A stretch of 64,000 nt of DNA from an uncultured SAR86 cluster bacterium. GTDB taxonomy: Bacteria > Pseudomonadota > Gammaproteobacteria > Magnimaribacterales > D2472. The translations under genes and the position numbers were made by a program. The notes under the pieces were generated by a model. That model had not been told where the DNA came from. It ran no database searches and worked only from the letters and a program-made list of their open reading frames with translations. Below, in pieces: positions 47,760 to 57,574 of the stretch (position 1 is the first letter of the stretch; each line of letters opens with the position of its first letter). The DNA lies in the NCBI GenBank assembly GCA_902541245.1, contig CACBPT010000001.1:21433-85432 (forward strand), in the 5' to 3' direction.

Positions 47760-48767
47760 TTATTTTAATATTGCAATAACTTCCAAATGATCAGTATTTG
47801 AAAACTGATCAAACAATCCAATTGATTTAACCTCTCTTTTCATAATTTTTAAGTCACGAAAAAAAGTTTCTGGATTGCATGATATGTAAATCATATTTTT
47901 AAATTGACTAGACAAATTTATAGTTTCGATACTTAAGCCAGCTCTTGGAGGATCGACCAATATATGGCTAAAGTTATATGAAGTTAAATCAATATTCTTT
48001 AATCTTCTATATATGCGCTTATTACTTAGTGCTAATGCTGTCTCATTGTCAGAAAGCCTTGCGGTTTCAATATTTGCAACACCATTTAATTTTATTGACT
48101 CTATCAATAGCCTAACCGCATGACGATTATTTTCTGTCGCAAAAACTTTATTGAATTTTGAAGCTAGGGGTAGGGTGAAGCCTCCACAGCCACAATAAAC
48201 TTCAAGTAGATCCTTTGAGTCTTTTAAATAATCTGTAATAAAAGAAATCATCATTGAATAAAGGTAGAAATTAGGCTGAAAAAAAACTACATCGTTTTGT
48301 AATATTTCAAAGCTAGAATTTTTATATTTACATATTATTTTTAAATTATCTTTATCATTGATAATTTTTTGATTTTTACTTCTTCCAATGATAGAAAGAT
48401 TTTTGAATTTTGCTTGAATAACTTTAGCTTCAATACTCCATTCATCCTTGAGTTTTTTGTGATAAATCATTGTAGCTAAAATATCTGATCCTGAAGATCT
48501 AAAATTAATTTGAAATAATTTTGATTTTAAAATGCTCGATTTATTAATATATTTTAACAATTTTGGCATTATTTTTTGGATGCTATGATGAGGAATTTTA
48601 GATTCATCCATATATATTTTTTTCCCATCTTCAATCATTGTGTATGAGCTTTTACTAATACCGAACTCACATCTAGCCCTGTAACCAGAAGCAGGTGATA
48701 AAAATATTGAAGGTTTAATATCTGATAAGGTTGATAGTTCAAGACAAAATTTAGAGAACTTATTCAT
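47760..48767 (-). CDS. trmA: tRNA (uracil54-C5)-methyltransferase
   Basis: Collinear with E. coli TrmA as I recall it: SPASGYRARCEF, KLFQINFRSS, MIYHKKLKDEWSIEA, SAM site YCGCGGFTLPLA, DPPRAGL, and catalytic YISCNPET. Confidence 0.85.
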   Translation of the reverse strand: MNKFSKFCLELSTLSDIKPSIFLSPASGYRARCEFGISKSSYTMIEDGKKIYMDESKIPHHSIQKIMPKLLKYINKSSILKSKLFQINFRSSGSDILATMIYHKKLKDEWSIEAKVIQAKFKNLSIIGRSKNQKIINDKDNLKIICKYKNSSFEILQNDVVFFQPNFYLYSMMISFITDYLKDSKDLLEVYCGCGGFTLPLASKFNKVFATENNRHAVRLLIESIKLNGVANIETARLSDNETALALSNKRIYRRLKNIDLTSYNFSHILVDPPRAGLSIETINLSSQFKNMIYISCNPETFFRDLKIMKREVKSIGLFDQFSNTDHLEVIAILK

Positions 48768-48928
48768 ATCAAATTTATTACGAGTATAATAAACCCAATA
48801 AATACAATGTTTAGGGTTAAAAATAGTATTATAAATTTAGAAACCGTTAAATTATTAAGATCACTTTGAAGATCTTTTGAGGTGCGAACACCCATTAACG
48901 ATGCTAGGATCCTTTTAAACCACATATT

Positions 48929-49528
48929 ATGACAAGCAAGATTATCACAATTACTAAGACTGCCGAAGAGTATTTATCTAAGCTGATAGCAGAGAAAAAT
49001 GAACCTGGAACTGCTGTAAGGGTTTTTATCTCTGATCCAGGGACCGCGAATGCTGAAACATGTTTGGCTTATTGTAAACCAGATGAGCTTGTTGCTTCTG
49101 ATACTCTTATATCGCTTCCAACGCTTTCAGTTTACGTTGAAGAGCGAAGCATCCCATTTCTCTTAGACGCAGAGGTGAATTATGATGTTGATAATTTTGG
49201 AGGCCAATTAACTATCAAAGCTCCGAATGCTCGATTACCTAACATTTCTCCTGATAGTCCTCTTGAGGATAGAGTTAATTATGTTATTTATAATGAAATT
49301 AATCCCATGTTAGAGTCCCATGGAGGTTTAGTCAGTTTATTAGAAATTACCGATGATAACTTTGCAATTCTTCAATTCGGAGGAGGGTGTCAAGGTTGTG
49401 GCATGGTTGATGTAACTCTAAAAGATGGAATTGAAAAAACTCTTTTAGAGCAGTTACCTGAGTTAGCTGGCGTTAGAGATATGACAGATCACTCTATGGA
49501 TGAAAACGCATTTTACAGAGAAGAATAG
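48929..49528 (+). CDS. nfuA: Fe-S cluster biogenesis/carrier protein NfuA
   Basis: N-terminal degenerate A-type domain plus the C-terminal Nfu domain GGGCQGCGMVDVTLKDGIE. Confidence 0.88.
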   Translation: MTSKIITITKTAEEYLSKLIAEKNEPGTAVRVFISDPGTANAETCLAYCKPDELVASDTLISLPTLSVYVEERSIPFLLDAEVNYDVDNFGGQLTIKAPNARLPNISPDSPLEDRVNYVIYNEINPMLESHGGLVSLLEITDDNFAILQFGGGCQGCGMVDVTLKDGIEKTLLEQLPELAGVRDMTDHSMDENAFYREE

Positions 49529-50388
49529 ACTGAGACTATTATTCCAATCTTTGGATGATCAAAATAGTGCACTTCATTTTTAAAAATTCTTCTCTCCTCT
49601 TTTAACAGATATTTCACTTCATCTAATCTTATTAGTGGCTCACTGAAGGCTTCCTTTGTATTGATTTTAGGTTTTACAATTTCACCTTTTTCAAATATTT
49701 TTGTATTTATTTTAATTTCATAGTCTTTTATTTCGTCAGGAATTGAGTCTTTCAAAGCATCAAGTTTAATTTTATTTATAATTTTTTTATCTTTATTAGA
49801 GCTTAAATCGCCCTCTAAATATGCAATTACATCTAGATGAAGATATCTACTTTTATACAGTTTGATTAGAAGTCCATTATTGTCAAAAATTTCATGTATG
49901 TATGGCGCATTTTCCTTTGATAAAGCTGGTTGAATCCATGACTCTTTGTGCAGAATCTTGTACTCTTTTCTGCGATCAAGTCTTCTATAAATATTATTAA
50001 GTTGATCAAGCTTAGATTTTTTTTCAAACCACTTACTTTCGTCTATTTGAGAATTGGTTTTTATATTGGTTAATCCGGATGATTCTTTGTTATTAGTATT
50101 TGTTTCATTAATAGGCATCATATCAACTGAAAACTCATTTTCTTCAAAGTCAAACGAGTTGATTATTGATTTTTCATTGAGAGAGATTTCTAATTTATCT
50201 TGTAATGTAATAGTATTTATACCTTCAATACTTAGTTTTTGTGACTCAAGCTCCTCATTTCCAATTATCTCCAGTTGCTCAAATACAACAATCTCGACAA
50301 TATATATTTCATTATTATTTTTTTTAGCAACGGAGTAAAAGCTCGCAAAAAAAATTAGAGAGAGTGTAAAAAATTTATAAAAGTTCAT
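49513..50388 (-). CDS. CsiV-like periplasmic protein (DUF2803)
   Basis: Signal peptide, IYIVEIVVFEQ near the N-terminus and HYFDHPKIGIIVSV at the C-terminus. Sits immediately downstream of mfd with a 14-nt overlap. The family call and its mfd adjacency in Vibrio are from memory. Confidence 0.55.
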   Translation of the reverse strand: MNFYKFFTLSLIFFASFYSVAKKNNNEIYIVEIVVFEQLEIIGNEELESQKLSIEGINTITLQDKLEISLNEKSIINSFDFEENEFSVDMMPINETNTNNKESSGLTNIKTNSQIDESKWFEKKSKLDQLNNIYRRLDRRKEYKILHKESWIQPALSKENAPYIHEIFDNNGLLIKLYKSRYLHLDVIAYLEGDLSSNKDKKIINKIKLDALKDSIPDEIKDYEIKINTKIFEKGEIVKPKINTKEAFSEPLIRLDEVKYLLKEERRIFKNEVHYFDHPKIGIIVSVYSSL

Positions 50389-53300
50389 TTAATAACTTGG
50401 CTACAGCAGATCGCTTATCAATATTCTCAGCAATATCTAGGATAATCTTACTTTCATTTTTAAGCTTTATCTTAGCTGATCCTGATTGAATCAATCCAAT
50501 TAATTTTTTATATACTTGATCAGTTAAATTATTGTTAAAAGTAAGCATTGCATTCTGATGATTAGAGTAGATTTTTTTAATGCCTACATTTGCTGCAATT
50601 ATCCTTAGCTTTGAATTTTCAATTAGATTCAATAGCTCATTACCCGGTTTTCCACATCGATCTTTAAGATCAATTAATATTTGATCAATTTGTTCAGATG
50701 TTTCAGCATCATTCAATGATCTATAAACTTTCAACCTTTCATTAGCAACTGGAAGATATGTATCAGGAATTAAAGCACGATCATTAAAATTAATTTCTGT
50801 ATCAAGGATTGGATCTTGCTGATGTCCTTTGGTGTCATTAACAGCATCTTTTAACATTGATAAATACATACTTAGTCCTATAGCTTCTATATGTCCACTT
50901 TGTTTAACTCCTAAAAAATCACCAGCCCCTCTTATTTCAAGATCCTCTTGAGCAATAAAATATCCCGACCCTAAATCAGAATACTTTACCAATGAATCTA
51001 ATTTTGCTTTAGGTCCTTTCTTTAAGTCCATGTTTGGAATTAGTAAATAACAATAAGCTTGGCGCAATGATCTTCCAACACGACCTCTTAATTGATGTAA
51101 TTGCGACAGACCAAATTTGTGAGCATCAATGACAATCATAGTATTTGCATTTGGAATATCTAAACCCATTTCAACAATTGTTGTACAAATAAGAATATCT
51201 ATTGAATTTGCGTTAAAGCCATTCATTGTTTTAGTAATTAATTTTTTTGATAATTTTCCATGAGCAATGCCTACATTTGCCTCCGGTGTAAGATCTGTAA
51301 TTTGCTTTTTCAATTGCTCCATTTTTGAAATATCATTTTGAACTATGAAAACCTGCCCACCCCTTGATATTTCTCTATCGATAGCATTTTTAATAATTTG
51401 TTGATTTTGTATATTTAAAAAAGTTTTTACGCTTATTCTTTCTAGAGGAGGAGTATATAGGTAAGAAAAATCTTTTAATCCAGAATAGACAAGATTCAAT
51501 GTTCTGGGAATAGGAGTTGCAGACATGTAAAGGATATGAGTTGTTGACTGTCTTGATTTAATAATCTCTTTTTGTTTTGTCCCAAATCGATGCTCTTCAT
51601 CGATTACTAGTAAACCAAGATTATCAAGAGCAATTTCATTATTAAGCAATGTATGTGTTCCAATTAAAATATCAATTTTTTTATGTTTAAAATCCTCGTA
51701 AATCTTTAGTTTATTTTTTTGGGATGTATGTCTTGTAAGAAGTTCTATGTTAACTGGAAAGTTAAAAAATCTTTTTACAAAACTTTCTAAGTGTTGTTTG
51801 GCTAAAATAGTACTAGGAGCTAAAAGCATTACCTGTTTTTTAGCATGGACAGCTACAAAGGCTCCGCGCATTGCAATTTCAGTTTTTCCAAAACCAACAT
51901 CACCACATATCACTCTATTCATTGGCTTAATCAATGAAATATCTTTTATAACATCATTAATGCAATTGATTTGATCCTTCGTCAAAACGTATGGGAAATC
52001 ATTATCAAACTCGTTATAAGAATTTTTGTCACAGATCAGTTGACTGGAAGATGCAATAGAACGTCTTGACTCGATGTCTAGAAGTTCTGCAGCATGATCA
52101 AGAGCTTTTAATTTCGCCTTTTCTTTTTTTATCTTCCATTTATTTGACGATAATGAATCAAGGGGTATCCCTTGAGCTTGGGTTGTTTGAAATTTAGAAA
52201 CTAAGTAAGATTGCCTAATTGGAACATATAAAATTTCATTTTCATGATATGTAATTTTTATGTATTCCTCCTCACTGCTGTTTGTTTTTAAAACTTCTAG
52301 ACCCTCATAAATTCCAACACCATAATCAACATGAATAACTAATTCATTATCAAGAAATGGATTTTCGAAATTTTTGATAAGCGAATCATTAATTTGTGAA
52401 CTATTTTTTTTACTTAAAATTTCTGAGCTTACAAATTCATCAAGATTTAGATGAATAAAACTTCCATTTTCGTTAATAAATGATCGAGCTGATAAGTGAA
52501 AACAACTAAATATTCCATCTCTTATGATGAAAGGAATTGTTGTGGTATTTATTTTATATTTCTTATTAATTTCATCTAATTTCGTCTGTTCCGACGAAGT
52601 AATTAAAAGAGAAGCTAATTCTCCATTAATTTGTTTGTCAACTAACTCTTTTAACTGTATTTCTTTATCTTTTTTGTTATCAATTAGGGCGTTATAACTT
52701 ACACAAGAAATTTCTTTTGATGAATCTAAATAAGATTGAATCTCTTGCATTTGAAATATGTAGTCATTTGGTTTCATTAACGGTCTCGATACATCAATTG
52801 ACTCTTCCTGATATCTTTCTTCTACAAAACTAATATGAGAAAGTAACAGTTGATCAATTTTGTTTGATTTCATTAGACTAAACTCAGGAAAAAAATCTAT
52901 CAGATTCGAATTATCTGTCTGAATCAGCGGATTATATATTTCATATCCTTCGGGATATTGACCATTAACTAAAGTTTTAAATATTTCACAATGTCTTTCA
53001 TCATGTGCTTGAAAATAGTTTCTCCAGTTTGATTTAAATTTTTTTATCGATTCATCGTCTAATCTAATCTCTGAACCACTGAATAGTTTAAATTTAGATA
53101 ATTTATTAATCATATGTTGTGATGAAGGATCAAATTGTCTTATTTCATCAATTTGATCTCCAAAAAAATCAACTCTTAAGGGTTCTTTATGAAATCCAGA
53201 GTAAAAATCAACAACACCACCTCTTACTGTGTATTCATTGATTGATGTTACTTTATCAACTCTTTGATAATTCAATTCTTCTAAAACATCTGTTAAATCT

Positions 53301-53659
53301 TTAATAGAGAGTGAATCTCCAATCCTAAATTGCTTTCTTGCAAAAAAATGATTTTTCGAAGGCAATTTTTCAAATAAGTTTATGCAGCTTGTAACTACAA
53401 TTTTTAGATTTTTTTTGTCTGAATTTAATAGCTTTAGTCTATCTTGAATAATCGAATCTGTGGTTGAGAATCTGTCGTATGGCAGAATTTCTCTTTCTGG
53501 ATAATATCCAACTCTTGAATTATGCAGCAATAACAGCAATTCATTTTTCAATAATCTAGCCTCTTTATCTGATTCACAGAAATACAAAATCTGTTTATCT
53601 TCTAGCGTTGAGTACTTGATAAGTTCGAAAGCTATAGATTGATGCTGTTTTTCTAACAT
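50375..53659 (-). CDS. mfd: Transcription-repair coupling factor
   Basis: 1094 aa. Superfamily 2 motifs GDVGFGKTE, LVIDEEHRFG and HQLRGRVGR, plus a UvrB-homology-like N-terminal region. Confidence 0.95.
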   Translation of the reverse strand: MLEKQHQSIAFELIKYSTLEDKQILYFCESDKEARLLKNELLLLLHNSRVGYYPEREILPYDRFSTTDSIIQDRLKLLNSDKKNLKIVVTSCINLFEKLPSKNHFFARKQFRIGDSLSIKDLTDVLEELNYQRVDKVTSINEYTVRGGVVDFYSGFHKEPLRVDFFGDQIDEIRQFDPSSQHMINKLSKFKLFSGSEIRLDDESIKKFKSNWRNYFQAHDERHCEIFKTLVNGQYPEGYEIYNPLIQTDNSNLIDFFPEFSLMKSNKIDQLLLSHISFVEERYQEESIDVSRPLMKPNDYIFQMQEIQSYLDSSKEISCVSYNALIDNKKDKEIQLKELVDKQINGELASLLITSSEQTKLDEINKKYKINTTTIPFIIRDGIFSCFHLSARSFINENGSFIHLNLDEFVSSEILSKKNSSQINDSLIKNFENPFLDNELVIHVDYGVGIYEGLEVLKTNSSEEEYIKITYHENEILYVPIRQSYLVSKFQTTQAQGIPLDSLSSNKWKIKKEKAKLKALDHAAELLDIESRRSIASSSQLICDKNSYNEFDNDFPYVLTKDQINCINDVIKDISLIKPMNRVICGDVGFGKTEIAMRGAFVAVHAKKQVMLLAPSTILAKQHLESFVKRFFNFPVNIELLTRHTSQKNKLKIYEDFKHKKIDILIGTHTLLNNEIALDNLGLLVIDEEHRFGTKQKEIIKSRQSTTHILYMSATPIPRTLNLVYSGLKDFSYLYTPPLERISVKTFLNIQNQQIIKNAIDREISRGGQVFIVQNDISKMEQLKKQITDLTPEANVGIAHGKLSKKLITKTMNGFNANSIDILICTTIVEMGLDIPNANTMIVIDAHKFGLSQLHQLRGRVGRSLRQAYCYLLIPNMDLKKGPKAKLDSLVKYSDLGSGYFIAQEDLEIRGAGDFLGVKQSGHIEAIGLSMYLSMLKDAVNDTKGHQQDPILDTEINFNDRALIPDTYLPVANERLKVYRSLNDAETSEQIDQILIDLKDRCGKPGNELLNLIENSKLRIIAANVGIKKIYSNHQNAMLTFNNNLTDQVYKKLIGLIQSGSAKIKLKNESKIILDIAENIDKRSAVAKLLNELL

Positions 53660-53668
53660 ATGGTGAAG

Positions 53669-53674
53669 TATAAT
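53669..53674 (+). promoter_or_regulatory. Candidate -10 box (TATAAT) for the ACAD-ACAD-gap transcription unit
   Basis: Perfect TATAAT 45 nt upstream of the preferred ACAD start (53714). Any -35 would lie inside the first codons of mfd. Confidence 0.3.
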
Positions 53675-53713
53675 TTGCGCCTAAATAATAATCTAAAAAA
53701 CAGGAACACTAAC

Positions 53714-54886
53714 ATGGATATAAGTTTTTCAGAACAAGATCTTCAATTTCAAGAAGAGATCAGAGCTGGTTTAAATGGAGCAGAGTATCCTGCTCATGTA
53801 AAAGAAAAGCAGGAAAAAGGAATTAATTTTTCTAAAGAAGATGTAATTGATTTTCATAAATTTCTATCAAGTAAAGGTTGGATGGGTTATAACTGGCCAG
53901 TTGAATATGGAGGAACTGGATGGTCTCCTGTTCAAATTTATCTTTTCCTTAATGAGCTAGCTCTTGCTCAATGTCCAACGATTCTTCCTTTTGGCGTAGG
54001 TATGGTTGGACCGGTAATATATACATTTGGCACTCAGGAGCAAAAAGATAGATTCCTTCCAGATATTCTTAATTTTGATACTTGGTGGTGTCAAGGTTAT
54101 TCAGAACCAGGTTCAGGGTCTGATTTAGCTTCACTTAAAACTAAAGCTGTTTTAGAGGGAGATCATTATGTTGTTAATGGTTCAAAAACTTGGACAACTC
54201 TTGCCCAAAATGCTGATTGGATATTTTGCTTAGTTAGAACTGAAACCACGCAAAAGAAACAAGAGGGCATTTCTTTCCTATTAATTGATATGAACACACC
54301 AGGTATTGAAGTCAAACCAATTATTACAATTGATGGTGATCATGAGGTCAATTCTGTTTTCTTCACAGATGTGAAAGTGCCAGCTGATCAGCTAATTGGT
54401 GAAGAAGGTAAAGGCTGGACCTATGCTAAATTTTTATTAGCACATGAGAGATTTGGAATTGCAGGAGTACCAGTAGTAAAAGTACAAATTGATAGATTAA
54501 AAAATCTTACTGCTGAATATGATGACGCTGATTTAAATAAAAAAATAGCTGAATTAGAGATTGATTTAGAGGCTTTGGAATTTACAGAGCTTAGAACATT
54601 AGCTGCAATTGCTGAAGGTGGTCACCCAGGAGCTGAATCTTCGATTTTAAAAATTCGAGGTACTGAAATTCAACAAAGATTAACTGAACTTTATGTTGAA
54701 GCTGCCGGACAATACATACTTCCATACGAGGGACCAGATGGCTTTGAGTCAAATAGGACTCCATCAGGACCGGAATATGCTAGTTCATCTGTTGCTCAAT
54801 ATTTAAATTATAGAAAAACATCGATTTATGGTGGCAGTAACGAGATCCAAAAAAATATTATCGCTAAAGCAATCTTAGGAGTTTAA
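53714..54886 (+). CDS. Acyl-CoA dehydrogenase, 'large' partner of second adjacent pair
   Basis: GYSEPGSGSDLASLKTKA, NGSKTWTT and YGGSNEIQKNIIA. I prefer MDISFSEQDLQF (53714) over the track start at 53660, which abuts the mfd start codon. Confidence 0.88.
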   Translation: MDISFSEQDLQFQEEIRAGLNGAEYPAHVKEKQEKGINFSKEDVIDFHKFLSSKGWMGYNWPVEYGGTGWSPVQIYLFLNELALAQCPTILPFGVGMVGPVIYTFGTQEQKDRFLPDILNFDTWWCQGYSEPGSGSDLASLKTKAVLEGDHYVVNGSKTWTTLAQNADWIFCLVRTETTQKKQEGISFLLIDMNTPGIEVKPIITIDGDHEVNSVFFTDVKVPADQLIGEEGKGWTYAKFLLAHERFGIAGVPVVKVQIDRLKNLTAEYDDADLNKKIAELEIDLEALEFTELRTLAAIAEGGHPGAESSILKIRGTEIQQRLTELYVEAAGQYILPYEGPDGFESNRTPSGPEYASSSVAQYLNYRKTSIYGGSNEIQKNIIAKAILGV

Positions 54887-54888
54887 GT

Positions 54889-56004
54889 ATGAACTTAAAT
54901 TATTCTGATGAGCAAAATATGCTCAGAGAACAAGTATTGAAGTTTTGCGAAACAAACTATGATTTTATAGATAGAGAAAAGATTTTAGAATCTGATATTG
55001 GTTTTAGTAAGGATAATTGGCAACAATTTGCTGAGCTTGGTTGGCTAGCTGTTCCATTTAAGGAAGAAAATGGAGGGTTTAATTTTGGACCCGTTGAACT
55101 AACTGTATTATTTGAAGAATTTGGTAAAGCACTTGTAGTTGAGCCATATCTAAGTTCTGTTGTGATGAGTGGAACGATTATAGAAAATTCAAATCATAAA
55201 AATAAGTCGTCAATCATTGAAAAGATAATTTCTGGTGAACACCAAATGTCAGTTGCCTATGCAGAACCAAATATTGGATATAAATTTTTTGATTGCTATG
55301 CTTCTACATCTGTTAGTAACAATATTTTATCTCTTAATGGAACTAAATCTCTTGTCTTAAATGCAGGCAATGCCAATCAATTTATTGTTCTTGCAAAGCA
55401 TGAAGGTTTATCAGCTTTAATAATGGTTGATGCAGAGGTTGATGGATTGTCAATTCAAAGCTTTAAAACTATAGATGGTCAAACATGCGGTGAATTAACT
55501 TTTGAAAATGTTTTGATAGATACAGATTCTATAATAGCGTCCGGTGATGATGCGGAAGCAATCTTTAATAAAATGATGGATCTAGCAATATTGTGTATAA
55601 GCGCTGAGGCAGTGGGCGCAATGAATGCGTCATATGTGAAAACAGTTCAATATACCAAAGAGCGTGAACAATTTTCTCAACCGATCAGTAATTTTCAAGT
55701 GCTGCAACATAGAATGGTGGATATGTTCATCGAAACTGAATTGACAAAGTCACTATTAATCAAAGCAACCTTACAACTTGACTCAAATGATCCTGATGCA
55801 AAAAGTACTATTTCAGCTCTGAAAGTTCAGGTTGGAAAAGCGGGACGTCTAATTGGTCAGAATGCTGTTCAGCTTCATGGGGGCATGGGAGTAAGTAATG
55901 AAATGTCTATCGGCCATTACTTAAAAAGATTTACAGCCATAGACTCTATGTTTGGTAATACTTCACACCATATAAATAAATATCAAGCAAAGCAAAAGGA
56001 ATGA
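54889..56004 (+). CDS. Acyl-CoA dehydrogenase family protein, 'small' partner of second pair
   Basis: FQVLQHRMVDM and QLHGGMGVSNEMSIGHY. 371 aa. Confidence 0.8.
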   Translation: MNLNYSDEQNMLREQVLKFCETNYDFIDREKILESDIGFSKDNWQQFAELGWLAVPFKEENGGFNFGPVELTVLFEEFGKALVVEPYLSSVVMSGTIIENSNHKNKSSIIEKIISGEHQMSVAYAEPNIGYKFFDCYASTSVSNNILSLNGTKSLVLNAGNANQFIVLAKHEGLSALIMVDAEVDGLSIQSFKTIDGQTCGELTFENVLIDTDSIIASGDDAEAIFNKMMDLAILCISAEAVGAMNASYVKTVQYTKEREQFSQPISNFQVLQHRMVDMFIETELTKSLLIKATLQLDSNDPDAKSTISALKVQVGKAGRLIGQNAVQLHGGMGVSNEMSIGHYLKRFTAIDSMFGNTSHHINKYQAKQKE

Positions 56005-57488
56005 CTGATCTCACAAAAAATCCAGACTTACGTTCTCGAGAGAAAATCGATGATTATTTTGGTGATTGGAAATGGAGAGAGGGCCTAGCAGAATTGATGG
56101 TTCCAATTATTGGGCGTCTATACAGACATGGCGTTCATGTAATGATTTATGGTCAGTCACTTGTGAATAAATCTGCTGTTAATATTATGCATGCCCATAG
56201 ATTTGTAAGGCAGATTGAAGGAAATGAATTCAGTGAACTGGAAAGTTTTCCGTTACTTGAAAGGCTCAGTAAAATGGATTTACCAGACTGCGAGGTAGAT
56301 ATTGGTGAATTAGCTGTAAGATGTCCATTCTTCAATGATCTTAAGTCTAGTCCAGATTCCATAGATACTTTTCTTAAAGAGCAAATATCCTGTAATGATA
56401 TAAAAATTAATAGACCTGAAAAACCTCAAGATATAGTTTTATACGGTTTTGGAAGAATTGGAAGATTAATGGCCAGAATGCTTGTTCAAACAACTGGTCC
56501 TGGTAATTACTTTAGACTAAAAGCAATTGTAGTAAGAAAAACTGGTAATAATGATTTAGTAAAAAGAGCAAGCTTATTAAGAAGAGATTCAGTTCATGGG
56601 CGCTTTGATGGCACTATTAGGGTTGACTTTGAAAATGAACTTTTAGTTATCAATGGAAATCCTGTGAAGTTTATATATTCAAGCTCTCCAAACGAAATTA
56701 ATTATTCTGAATTTAAAATTGATTCACCAATTGTTATTGATAATACAGGCATATGGAGGGATGAAAATGATCTCTCTCAACATTTAAAAAGTGGCGCTTC
56801 AAAGGTTATTCTGACTGCACCTGCAAAAGGCGATATAAGAAATATAGTTTTTGGTGTTAATGATTCTGCTCTTCAGGAATCGGATAGTATTATTTCTGCT
56901 GCATCCTGCACAACTAACGCTATTGTTCCAGTATTGAAACTTATTAGTGATAACTATGGAATTTTAAATGGCCACATTGAAACAGTGCATTCTTATACAA
57001 ATGATCAAAATCTTATTGATAATTTTCATAAGGGGGATAGAAGAGGAAGAAGCGCTGCTTTAAACATGGTTATAACATCAACTGGCGCAGTAAAAGCCGT
57101 ATCTAAAGCAATACCCGAACTTAAAGATAAATTAACTGGTAATGCTATCAGGGTTCCGACACCTAACGTAAGCCTTGCTGTGCTAGTTTTAAATATTCAT
57201 AGAGCTGTCACTCGAGATGATCTAAATAATTTCTTAAAAGAATCAGCCTTTACTAGTAAATATAGAGAAATTATTGGTTACACAAATTCACCAGAAGCCG
57301 TATCTACAGATTTTTATTCAAGCCCATATGCAACAACAATTGACTCTGAAGCAACTATTGCAGAAGGCAATCAAATCACACTTTATTGCTGGTATGATAA
57401 CGAATACGGCTATACAAAACAGGTCTTAAATTTAACAAAAAAAGTTGCTGCTATTGATCTTCAGAGATTTCCGAAACCAATAGATTAA
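56001..57488 (+). CDS. gap: Glyceraldehyde-3-phosphate dehydrogenase, long form with an N-terminal extension of about 143 aa (Pseudomonas Gap2-like)
   Basis: Rossmann VLYGFGRIGR begins near residue 146. Active site SAASCTTNAIVPVLK, and WYDNEYGY. ATGA overlap with the upstream ACAD. Confidence 0.85.
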   Translation: MTDLTKNPDLRSREKIDDYFGDWKWREGLAELMVPIIGRLYRHGVHVMIYGQSLVNKSAVNIMHAHRFVRQIEGNEFSELESFPLLERLSKMDLPDCEVDIGELAVRCPFFNDLKSSPDSIDTFLKEQISCNDIKINRPEKPQDIVLYGFGRIGRLMARMLVQTTGPGNYFRLKAIVVRKTGNNDLVKRASLLRRDSVHGRFDGTIRVDFENELLVINGNPVKFIYSSSPNEINYSEFKIDSPIVIDNTGIWRDENDLSQHLKSGASKVILTAPAKGDIRNIVFGVNDSALQESDSIISAASCTTNAIVPVLKLISDNYGILNGHIETVHSYTNDQNLIDNFHKGDRRGRSAALNMVITSTGAVKAVSKAIPELKDKLTGNAIRVPTPNVSLAVLVLNIHRAVTRDDLNNFLKESAFTSKYREIIGYTNSPEAVSTDFYSSPYATTIDSEATIAEGNQITLYCWYDNEYGYTKQVLNLTKKVAAIDLQRFPKPID

Positions 57489-57574
57489 GTAATATAATAA
57501 GACTATTTTTAAGTTTCTATATAAACAATAGTAATAATTAATTATAATTAACACAGATTTTACTGAAGGGTACT

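Noticed and set aside
48780-48815. Hairpin AACCC-N17-GGGTT in the trmA/nfuA spacer.
   Set aside because: A 5-bp stem with a 17-nt loop is too weak to be meaningful on its own.
53660-53713. Track start of the ACAD at 53660, immediately abutting the mfd start codon (CATATG). Similar 5' extensions appear for tspO (to 6679) and nqrC (from 60041).
   Set aside because: The extensions encode non-homologous, low-complexity or out-of-context residues and create long overlaps. Internal ATGs (53714, 6628, 60119) give N-termini matching the families and give typical 4-8 nt junctions.
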